This document shows positions 23,032-32,300 of a DNA stretch of 64,000 bases, one piece after another. This DNA comes from an uncultured Planctomycetota bacterium (lineage in GTDB: Bacteria > Planctomycetota > Planctomycetia > Isosphaerales > Isosphaeraceae), in NCBI GenBank assembly GCA_963823665.1, contig CAWGMQ010000010.1, positions 512,001 to 576,000 on the forward strand, written 5' to 3'. A program made the position numbers and the translations under genes. The first letter of the stretch is position 1. Every line of letters starts with the position of its first letter. The notes under the pieces are model-generated. The model was not told the origin of the DNA. It saw only the letters and a program-made list of their open reading frames with translations, and searched no databases.

Positions 23032-24904
23032 ATGAACACGCGACGGGTCTGGTTCCGCATCGCAGCGACAGTTGCCCTGTCGCTGCTGCCGTTCTCGGGG
23101 ATCGCCCGAGCGGACCGGGAATACGAGTCGTCCGAGGTCATGGTCCCGATGCGAGACGGCATCCGACTCCACACAGTCCTCATTCGCCCGAGGCAGGCCG
23201 GGCCGTCGCTGCCCGTGGTCCTCCAGCGGACCCCCTACGGCGCGACGGCCCGCGGCGCAGAGTCGCTGATACAGGGCCCTCTCAAGCCCATGGCCGACGA
23301 GGGCTACATCTTCGCGGTCCAGGATATCCGCGGCCGCTTCGGCTCCGAGGGGACGTTCGTCATCGAGCGGCCCGCGCGCGACCCCTCGGACCCGAAGGCT
23401 GTCGACGAGACGACCGACGCGTACGATACGATCGACTGGATGGTCAAGAACGTGGCCGGGAATAACGGGCGCGTCGGCATGTGGGGCGTCTCGTACCCCG
23501 GATGGCTGACGGTCCAGGCACTCCTTGACCCGCACCCGGCACTGCGCGCCGCGTCGCCGCAGGCCGCGCCGGGAGACCAGTTCCTCTGCGACGATGAGCA
23601 CCATAATGGGGCCTTCCGCCTCAGTCCGGTGTTCCAGTACCTGGCGGTGATGGGGCGGGCCAAGGAGTTCACGCCGTTCGACTACGGCCGTCGCGACCTC
23701 TACGAGTGGTTCCTCGACCTGGGGCCGCTATCGAACGTCAACGCCCGCCACTTCCACGGCAAGGTGTCCGGGTGGAACGACTTGGTCGAGCACCCCGACT
23801 ACGATCGTTACTGGCGAGAGCGGGCGTTGCCCCCTCGCCTGGGCCGGCCCCGCGTGCCGACGCTCCACGTAATCGGCTGGTGGGACCAGGAGGACTTCTC
23901 CGGCCCGCTCCGGATCTACGAGGCGTTCGAGAAGCACGACCGCGACGGCCTGAACTACCTGGTCGCCGGCCCGTGGAACCACGGCGGCTGGATCCGGAGC
24001 GACGGCGACCGCCTGGGGTCGGTCACGTTCGGCAGCCCCACGGCCCGCGATTTCCGCGATCAGGTCATGGCCCCCTGGTTCGCGCGCCACCTCAAGGACA
24101 AGGGTAAGGACGGCCCGGCCGTGCCGGAGGCGCGCGTCTTCCGCACCGGCGAGAACGCCTGGCGGACCTTCGACCACTGGCCGCCCCGGGACGCGCGCCC
24201 GCGTTCGCTCTACGCCCGCGCCGGGGGCCGGCTGGCATTCGAGCCGCCGCCGGCCGCCCCGGACGGCGACCCCGGTTTCGACGCCTACCTCTCCGACCCC
24301 GCCCACCCGGTCCCGTTCCGCCCCCGGCCGATCGGCACTGACGTCATCATCGGCAAGAACGGCCAGGTCGCCGGCAATCCCGAGTGGGGCGAGTGGCTGG
24401 TGCAGGACCAGCGGTTCGTGCACCAGCGCCCGGATGTCCTCAGTTACGAGACAACTCCGCTGGAGCGCGACCTCGACCTCGCCGGGCCGATCACGGCCCG
24501 GCTGTTCGCCTCGACCTCCGGGACCGATTGCGACTGGGTTGTCAAGCTGATCGACGTCTTCCCCGAGAACGACCCCGCGATGGGCGGCTATCAGCTCATC
24601 ATCGCCGATGAGGTCTTCCGGGCCCGCTACCGCAAGGCGTTCGACCAGCCCGAGCCGCTCACGCCCGACCGGGTGGAGGCGTACGTTATCGACCTCCACC
24701 ACGGAGCCCACCGGTTCCGCAAGGGACACAAGGTCATGGTCCAGGTCCAGAGCACCTGGTTCCCGCTGATCGACCGCAACCCGCAGACCTACGTGCCCAA
24801 CATCTATCGCGCGAACGGAGACCGACTTCCGCCCGGCCACCCAGCGCGTCTTCCGGACCGACCACTACCCGACGGCCATCGAAATGACGGTGCTGCAGGA
24901 TTGA
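23032..24904 (+). CDS. CocE/NonD family hydrolase, frameshift near 24820
   Basis: MRDGIRL, RTPYG, QDIRGRFGSEG, GVSYPG and GPWNHG motifs; true C-terminus DFRPATQRVFR.. lies in a shifted frame. Confidence 0.92.
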
Positions 24905-24955
24905 GAGGGCCATCTTCTCGGCGAAAGTCGCGTGGGACCTTTTCTCAGCCACATC

Positions 24956-25020
24956 GCCAAACGGGGCGATGCAGCGGACCCGCCTGACGGACGGCGGTCA
25001 GCCGATCTCACGCGTCAGGC
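24956..25020 (+). other. Degenerate attC-like site A
   Basis: GCCAAAC-5nt-GATGCAGC..central stem..GCCGATC-6nt-GTCAGGC: R''/L''/L'/R' spacing with extrahelical G. Confidence 0.6.
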
Positions 25021-25042
25021 GCCTTGCTGGGGCCAATGCCAA

Positions 25043-25666
25043 ATGCCCGGACCACGCATCTCAATCGCCGGCCTCATGGCATTAATAGCCCTGCTCGGCT
25101 TCACGTTCGCTGCGTTGCACGCCGGGACGGAGTTCTCCGCAAGCGCCATGCTGACGCTCGCCCTCGCCGCCTCCGGCGTAGCCCTTCTCGGTCGCCTCTC
25201 CACCCGCGGCGCGGATAAAACAACCTGGACCGGCTACCTGGTTTTCGGCACCGGCTACCTGGCGATGTGTGTTGGCCCCTGGTGCGACGAGCACCTCATG
25301 CCGAACCTGATGACGACGCCGTTGATCGACGAGCAGTATTCCCGGATGGAATACTCCCCAAAACGTGCCGGCGAGCGTGTCTGGACATCGGACGGGCTCG
25401 GTCAGGAATTTGCCGCGGGCGAGGTCTTCGGCAAAGTGAACGCGCAATCGGTCAGTTTTGATGTATATAACGATCGCGGGACGACAGGCCATTACTCCGC
25501 GGCCCAGATACGGTGCCTCAGTCCGAGCAGCTATCGGCGACTCTGGCATTCCGCCCTATCAGTCTGGCTCGGCCTTCTCGGCATGGGCCTCGCGCGCTAC
25601 CTCTTCGGGAGTCGTCAAGATACGTCGGCCGGTGGACAAGGAATGGCGTCCGCTCACCCCGCCTGA
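25043..25666 (+). CDS. Membrane protein (full-length copy 1 of 3)
   Basis: MPGPRISIAGLMALIA leader, about four TMs and a soluble loop; stop lies within GCCTGAC. Confidence 0.8.
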   Translation: MPGPRISIAGLMALIALLGFTFAALHAGTEFSASAMLTLALAASGVALLGRLSTRGADKTTWTGYLVFGTGYLAMCVGPWCDEHLMPNLMTTPLIDEQYSRMEYSPKRAGERVWTSDGLGQEFAAGEVFGKVNAQSVSFDVYNDRGTTGHYSAAQIRCLSPSSYRRLWHSALSVWLGLLGMGLARYLFGSRQDTSAGGQGMASAHPA

Positions 25667-25851
25667 CCTGCCGTAGCGGCGCACTCCATTCCGCCGTGGA
25701 GCGTACCGCTCATTCGTTCTCGGCCAATCGGCGATCGCGTCCGCCGATGTTGGTCGTGCCGCAGGATGCTTCGGTTTGACGGGTCCAAGCCACGACGAGT
25801 GAAGCGATCCAGCAAACGCGCTGCGCGAGCCGCTCATCGTGGGCGTTAAGC
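25661..25851 (+). other. Degenerate attC-like site B
   Basis: GCCTGAC at the gene stop ... GCTCATC-6nt-GTTAAGC (GTTRRRY); central segment shared with site C; unusually long (191 bp). Confidence 0.45.
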
Positions 25852-25910
25852 TAGCACGTGCATGTGGCTGGTCAGTCGGTTCTCGGTATAATGAGTAAGT
25901 GGAGGTGTGT

Positions 25911-26117
25911 AAGATATAGACCGTCGAAGCAGTGGTCGATCCGGCCGGCCGCGTCCGGTTGCTCGGTGAAGTGCGAGTGGTTGCGCCCCGTCGGGCCTTG
26001 GTGACGGTACTCGACGAGCCGGCCGCAATTCCTGGCGAGGCGGCGCTGCTGGCCGAGGCGGCCGTGGCGGCCGACTGGTCGAGGGCCGAGGAGGATGCGG
26101 CGTGGTCGTACCTTCAG
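25911..26117 (+). pseudogene. Antitoxin pseudogene (paralog of 28265..28482)
   Basis: ATG->AAG and CAG->TAG relative to the second copy; TATAAT (25887) and GGAGG retained; toxin absent. Confidence 0.8.
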
Positions 26118-26166
26118 AAATTCGGCGGGCGAGCAAGGACATCGGCACCGGAGTGAGGCTACAAGG

Positions 26167-26961
26167 CTAATAACCGGCTTGGGCGATGACAGCGGCGGGG
26201 CAGCCGTTTGCGGCGAGGAACAGCGGAATTTCGGTCGCGATACGCTCGTCGCAGCGATTTACGAGGAACTCCACGTCCTCGATGACCTTGATAACAGTAC
26301 CGGCTCTTTCGAGCGGCTGCGGGGCTATCCGGGGCCGGTCACAGTTATGGATACAATCATGCCTTCGTTGGAAGATTGAATGGGGGGAATCCTCCTCGAA
26401 AAAACGCCTGTGCATTTGCCGCTTCGCCGTTGTTCGGGCCGAATTCCTGTCTGCCGGATTGAGCGCCTGATAGTCGGCGGCTGTGATCCCGAACATGCGC
26501 TTGCGGGCGTTCGGGTGGACGATCCACACGTCCAACACGTCGCCGAAGAGTTTGTGCCCGTCGCGGAAGAAGCCGTTGAATAGTGACTGAATCCGGTCCA
26601 GTTTGAGAACGTTCTCTCGGGCCATCATCTGTCGCGCAGCCATCCTCCAACGCCAGTTCGTGTTCCGCGCATAGGATTCGAGGATGGCTTTGATAGGGAA
26701 CTCGATCTTCTCGAAGAAGTCCGGGAGCGTCATGGCCGGGTGACGGCTTTTGGAGATGATCGAGGCTGCGACGACATCGGTGTAGGCGTCACAGAAATAC
26801 GCATCCAGCGCCCCGACCGCGAACATCCACGCACTCCGAAACAAGTCGCTGCGAAGCAGTCGCTCGGCTTCAGTGGTTTGCGGCAGCGGGTCGGCGTGAG
26901 CGACGATCGCTCGTGTACGCCGGACATCGTCGTTGAAATGGGAGAGCGCCGTCCCCGGCAT
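26167..26961 (-). CDS. HEPN domain protein (putative RNase)
   Basis: VGALDAYFCD N-terminal helix and R-X4-H motif (RHDCIH). Confidence 0.7.
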   Translation of the reverse strand: MPGTALSHFNDDVRRTRAIVAHADPLPQTTEAERLLRSDLFRSAWMFAVGALDAYFCDAYTDVVAASIISKSRHPAMTLPDFFEKIEFPIKAILESYARNTNWRWRMAARQMMARENVLKLDRIQSLFNGFFRDGHKLFGDVLDVWIVHPNARKRMFGITAADYQALNPADRNSARTTAKRQMHRRFFEEDSPHSIFQRRHDCIHNCDRPRIAPQPLERAGTVIKVIEDVEFLVNRCDERIATEIPLFLAANGCPAAVIAQAGY

Positions 26962-27017
26962 GACCAATTCCTTTTGACCGATCGCGGATCAGCGCGGTCG
27001 TGAAAGCACCGGACGGC

Positions 27018-27494
27018 TCAACCGGTCTGTGTCATCGCCTCGGGAGCGATAATATAATGAATCGTTCCGCATTCCTCGTCAAAATAGACGCGCGAGGCTT
27101 CTGGAAAAACGGCGATCCAAAGGTCGATGATTTCCTCGACCGCCGGGCTGCCCGCGAGGTAATTAACCACCTTCCTCCGGAACGCCTCTCCATTCGAGGA
27201 GACGACGTCTTGAGAAACGGACGCTTCTGGGAACAGCTCGTTATACGCGTCGCGCAGGTCGTCGAGGTCCATCCCCCGGACTTTCTCACTAAGCTCCTTT
27301 ACAGCATCGGCGGGCGTTAATTGGGGCACCGATAGGACCCTTTCGGCGTCGTTATGTGCTCGGATCGAAAGTCCGCGTCCTGCTTTCGATGTCATCACTC
27401 GCGTGGCGAGCCCGCGCGAAGCTCGCCGAATGAAACCGGAAGCTCGGACTGCCAACTCGAGCCGGTCTGTGCGGAGACTTGAGAACGTCCCCAC
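27018..27494 (-). CDS. Hypothetical protein upstream of the HEPN gene; start uncertain
   Basis: Plausible acidic ORF, co-oriented with the HEPN gene. Confidence 0.55.
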   Translation of the reverse strand: MGTFSSLRTDRLELAVRASGFIRRASRGLATRVMTSKAGRGLSIRAHNDAERVLSVPQLTPADAVKELSEKVRGMDLDDLRDAYNELFPEASVSQDVVSSNGEAFRRKVVNYLAGSPAVEEIIDLWIAVFPEASRVYFDEECGTIHYIIAPEAMTQTG

Positions 27495-27574
27495 ACGGAG
27501 ATTCCCTGACGACAGCTTTTATTCTACCCGAATACCGACCCAGCGACTATCCCACGCGGAACCGACGTCGGGAG

Positions 27575-28090
27575 GCGCTCGCCCTCGCCGCCTCCGCCGT
27601 CGCCCTTCTCGCCCGCCTCTTCACCCGCGGCACGGCCAAATCAACCTGGACCGGATATCTGGTCTTCGGCACAGGCTACCTGGCAATTTGTGTCGGCCCG
27701 TGGAGCGACGAGCACCTCATGCCGAACCTCATGACGACGCCATTCATCGATGAGCAGGATTCCAGGATGCAATACACCCCAAGACATGCCGGTGAGCGCG
27801 TTTGGACAAAGGATCGGACCGATCGGCGATACGAAGAGGGCGACGTCCTCGGCGACGTGGATGCGAAAACGGTCACGTTCGACGTCGCTCACCCGCGCAC
27901 GAGGACATCGTCCCGCTACACCGCGTCCCAGATCCGGCCCATCAGCCCTAGCAGCTATCGGCGACTCTGGCATTCCGCCCTATCAATCTGGCTCGGCCTC
28001 CTCGGCATGGGCCTCGCGCTTTACCTGTTCGGGAATCGTCAAGATAGGTCGGCCCGTGGACGAGGAACGGCGTCCGCTCCCCCCGCCTGA
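27575..28090 (+). pseudogene. 5'-truncated copy 2 of the membrane protein
   Basis: DNA similarity to copy 1 begins at gcgctcgccctcgccgcc; native start missing. Confidence 0.8.
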
Positions 28091-28208
28091 CCTGGCGCTG
28101 CGGCCGACTGCGCACCGCTCCGCCAAATGCTTCGGTTTGACCGGTCCAAGCACCTACGAGTAGTTAGCTTCGGTTTGGCGAGTCAACGCGGAGCACTGGG
28201 CGTTAGGC
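28085..28208 (+). other. Degenerate attC-like site C
   Basis: GCCTGAC-ctggc-GCTGCGGCCGAC ... gggc-GTTAGGC, 124 bp, between a gene stop and a TA cassette. Confidence 0.6.
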
Positions 28209-28242
28209 CGGCTCTTGCAGTGGCTAGTTGGTCGGTTCGCGG

Positions 28243-28260
28243 TATAATGCGTCTGGAGGT
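28243..28260 (+). promoter_or_regulatory. -10 box and RBS of the TA module
   Basis: Perfect TATAAT then GGAGGT; conserved in the duplicate at 25887. Confidence 0.6.
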
Positions 28261-28264
28261 GTGT

Positions 28265-28482
28265 ATGATCCAGACCGTCGAAGCAGTGATCGATCCGACC
28301 GGCCGCGTCCGGTTGCTCGGCGAAGTGCGAGTGGATGCGCCCGGCGCGCCTTGGTGACCGTGCTCGAAGAGCCGGCCGCAATTCCCGGCGAGGCGGCGCT
28401 GCTGGCCGAGGCGGCCTTGGCGGCCGACTGGTCGAGGGCCGAGGAGGACGCGGCGTGGTCGTACCTTCAGCCGGCGAAGTAG
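28265..28482 (+). CDS. Putative antitoxin, 1-bp frameshift near 28340
   Basis: MIQTVEAVID..LAADWSRAEEDAAWSYLQ; overlaps the toxin start; one C short relative to the paralog. Confidence 0.75.
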
Positions 28483-28799
28483 TGCTGGTCCCGTTCCCCT
28501 TCTCGGACTTATCGACGTCCAAGGTGCGTCCGGCAGTCTGCCTGGCCGACGCCGGTCGAGGCGACTGGGTGCTCTGCCAGATTACGAGTAGTCCGTACGG
28601 CGATCCCTCGGCGGTCCCGTTAGTCGCTACCGACTTCACCACGGGCGGGCTGCTGGTGGCGAGCGTCGCCCGGCCGGGCAAGCTCTTTACTGCGAGCGCG
28701 GGCCTCATGGTGAGATCGGTCGGCACCCTCTCTCCCGCCGCGCTCGCCCGGATACTCTCGGCGGTCGCAGCACTCTTTCAGCCACCATCGGGCTCCTGA
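28455..28799 (+). CDS. PemK/MazF family toxin
   Basis: GEVVLVPFPFSDLSTSKVRPA..CQITS..SVARPGKLFT. Confidence 0.9.
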   Translation: MVVPSAGEVVLVPFPFSDLSTSKVRPAVCLADAGRGDWVLCQITSSPYGDPSAVPLVATDFTTGGLLVASVARPGKLFTASAGLMVRSVGTLSPAALARILSAVAALFQPPSGS

Positions 28800-28801
28800 C
28801 G

Positions 28802-29130
28802 TCCAACTCGAATACACCCCAAAACATGCAGGCGAACTCATCTGGGCATTGGATCGGACCGATCGGCGATACGAGGAGGGCGAGGTCTTCGGCGATGTGA
28901 ATGGGCAAACGGTCACGTTCGACGTCGCTCACCTTCGCACCATGACATCGTCCCGTTACACCGCGCCCCAGATCCGGCCCATCAGTCCGAGCAGCCATCG
29001 GCGACTCGGGCATTCCGCCCTATCAGTCTGGCTCGGCCTTCTTGGCATGGGCCTCGCGCGCTACCTCTTCGGCTGTCACCAAGATAGGCCGACCAGTGGC
29101 CGAGGAGCGGCTTCCGCTCCCCCCGCCTGA
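28802..29130 (+). pseudogene. 5'-truncated copy 3 of the membrane protein
   Basis: Matches the 3' half of copies 1 and 2; ends in GCCTGAC. Confidence 0.8.
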
Positions 29131-29387
29131 CCTGGCGCGGCGGCGCACTGCATACCGCACGCGGAAATCTTGGTTTCCCCGGCCATTCTCACGTATCCAA
29201 TGGTATGGTATGGTCACCAAGCTGCCGCGACGATCGGTCGCCGGACCATGATCCTACGTCAATGCAGCACGAAGGTAAAAACCATCGTGATTTCTACATC
29301 AGTGGGACATCGTTCAACTATCGACTTGATTCGTCACTCGCGCTCGACCGTTTAGGGCGCACCAATCTCGCGGGACGGGGTACCCCG

Positions 29388-32300
29388 ATGGCCAGGAAGA
29401 GACCAAAACCGAAACCCGAGTCCCCCGCATATCCGCCGGCGCCCCCTGAGCCGCGGGAATCCGCCGCAGTGCCCTTGGGGTTCACCCTCCGCCACACCCT
29501 TCACTCACACACCGCTCGGATCGATCGCATTGCCTGGTCGCCGGACGGATTGTTCCTCGCAACTCCGTCGCTTGACAGGACTGTCCGGGTGTGGGACGCC
29601 GGCACAGGCCAGACCGTCCACTTGCTGCACGCGCACACCGGGATGGTCATCGCAGTGTCGTGGTCGCCGGACGGACGGCTTTTGGCCGCGGGCCAGGCCG
29701 ATGGGACCGTCCTTGAGTGGGACACCGGCACGGGTCGGCCATTGTGCTCTCTTAAGGGGCACACCGGCGAGGTTTACAGCGTGTCGTGGTCGCCGGACGG
29801 ACAGCAGCTGGCCTCGGGCGGGATGGATCAGACCGTCCGGGTGTGGGACGCCGGCACCGGCCGGTCAGTCCGCTCTCTGGAAGGGCACACCGGCTGGGTT
29901 CAGAGCGTGTCGTGGTCGCCAGACGGCCGGCTCCTGGCATCGGGTGGGGCCGATCCGACTGTTCGGCTGTGGGACGCCGGCACCGACAAGCCCTTCTGCA
30001 CGCTTCGGGGGCACGCCGGCGGGGTCTATAGTGTGTCGTGGTCGCCAGACGGACGGCTCCTCGCAACCGGGGGAGCTGACAAGTCTGTCCGCGTCTGGGA
30101 GGCGCTCACCGGACAGCCCGTCCGCACGCTTCAGGGGCACACCAACGGGGTCTTCAGCGTGTCCTGGTCGTCGGACGGGCGGCTACTGGCATCCAAGAGC
30201 GGCGACAGCACCGTCCGAGTATGGCGAACGGATACCTTGACGGAGATGAGTCGACTCGTCGAACCGGCGTCGAACAGTTGGCTGCCGAGCTTGACGTTCC
30301 ATCCGTCGCGCCCCGTGCTGGCGACATTTGGCGAACACGGTCAAAGCGTCCGGATCTGGCATCTCGACGTCGATTCCATTCTGGGGCAGGCCGCGGCCAC
30401 ACCCGCCCGGGTCTTTACCACGGCGAAGGTCGTGCTCCTCGGGGACAGCAACATCGGCAAGTCGTGGCTCGCCTCGCAGCTCATCGACCGTCGAATTCCC
30501 ACGCCCGAACAGCGCGGGACCACTCACGGGATGCGAATCTGGAAACAGCCCGCCGGGGAGTTCCACCCTGCCGCGACTCCGCCACCCGACGAGAACCGCG
30601 AGATATTCCTCTGGGATTTCGGCGGGCAGGACGAGTACCAGCTTGTCCACCAGATGTTCCTCCACGACACCAACCTCGCCCTCATCTTGATCGACCCCAC
30701 CCGAAGCGCGGCCGAGCGAGACAAGGCCCGGGCCTGGAACATGCGTCTTCTTAGCCAGACGGGCACTCGCCCTGTCGTCAAGTTTCTGATCGGTGCCCAA
30801 ATCGACGACGACACGCAATCCCAGCTCATCGACCAAGCCGCGATCGCCCGGCTCGTGACTGAGTGCGGGTTCCGGGACGCGCATGAGACCAGCGCCGTGA
30901 CCGGTCGCGGGGTCGATACACTGCGTCAGGCGATCGCCTGGGCCATTGACTGGTCGTTCGACCGGACGTCCCGCCCAGAACTATTCCAGCGGATCCGCGA
31001 ACAGGTCGACGCCAGGCGAGCCGCGGGCGAGATCGTCGTTCCGCTGCGGGTCTTCAACGAGGACATCCGCACGAAGTTCCCGACCCTATTCGAGGACGAC
31101 GCGGCCCGGGCCGTTACCGACCAGCTCGCCGGCCAGGGCTTGCTGTCCAAGACGCGATTGAAGGCAGGCGACGAGGCCCTCATTCTGAGAGTGGATGTGG
31201 TCGAGCAGTACGCCGCGACACTCGTCGTCCTCGCCCGAGATAATCCCCGCGGCGTCCCCGCCTTTCCAGAAGCCGACCTCGGCACTCGACAAGACGCCCT
31301 TCCCGGAATCGAGCCATCCACCCGACTCGCCTGGCCCGACGAGCGCCTGGTGCTGGAGTGTGTCGCAGAGCTGATGATCCGCCACGGCGTGTGCTTCCGC
31401 CACCAGGGCGTCCTCGTATTTCCGACCCTGTTCCCTGAGGCCCCGACCGAGGCCGAGGCAGAGAAACTCCCGCACACCGTCTCACTCTGGTACGACTTCA
31501 CCGGCGCAATCGACAACGTGTACGCCTCCCTCGTCGGCGGCCTGATAATCCTCCAACCCTTCGGCCCAGGCCGACTGACTCCTGGCCGCGCCGAGTTCGA
31601 CGATCCTGATAACGGTTTGTGCGGGCTCAGGCGCTTGCACAGGCCCGGGGGCCTCGCCCACGTCGAGCTGTTCTTCGGCCCCGCCACCCTGTCGGCCCGT
31701 CGCGACAAATTCATCGCCTACGTCGAAGCTCACCTCCGTGAGAACGGGGTCGAAGTCACCGAATGCCGCGCCATCAAATGCCCCGAGTGCGGCACCGTCA
31801 CTGAGGAAGAGATGGTGCGAAGCCGGATCGCCGACGGCAGGTGTGACGTCGTGTGCAGTCGTTGTGAGCGACGGATTCCGATCGAAGAAGGGATGGCAGG
31901 CGGCGTTGCTGAAGTTCGGAAGAGAGATCCCCAGACGAACGCGAAAGTCCTCGCCCTTCGGCAAGAGATCAAGGCGAAGCTGGCCCTCGACGCCGTGATG
32001 GCCAAGGCAGTGATCTCAGGTGTGGCGGGCGACACGCTCGACCCCAAATCGATCACCATACAGATTGGTGACCAGATCCACATCTCCGGTGACATCATCG
32101 GTTCGGCCGTTGGACGTGAAGCCGAGCTGAAGGTCCTGGAAATCACCGCCGCGGTGAACGCCGCCGTGCGGGTGGCCAGAGGCCCATCGGCGCCAGGCGG
32201 CACCGACGACCGCGCCGGAACCGTCCGCATCCTGCACCTGAGCGACCCGCACTTCACCCCGGAGACGAATTGGCAGGACCACCTCGACCCGCTGCTCCAC

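Noticed and set aside
25043..29130. Diversity-generating retroelement template/variable repeats
   Set aside because: No reverse transcriptase in the window, and the differences are not visibly adenine-specific
29125..29360. Complete fourth attC site
   Set aside because: Left arm present but no convincing GTTRRRY at proper spacing
29490..30240. CRISPR-like periodic repeats
   Set aside because: In-frame 126-bp WD40 coding repeats; no spacers or cas genes
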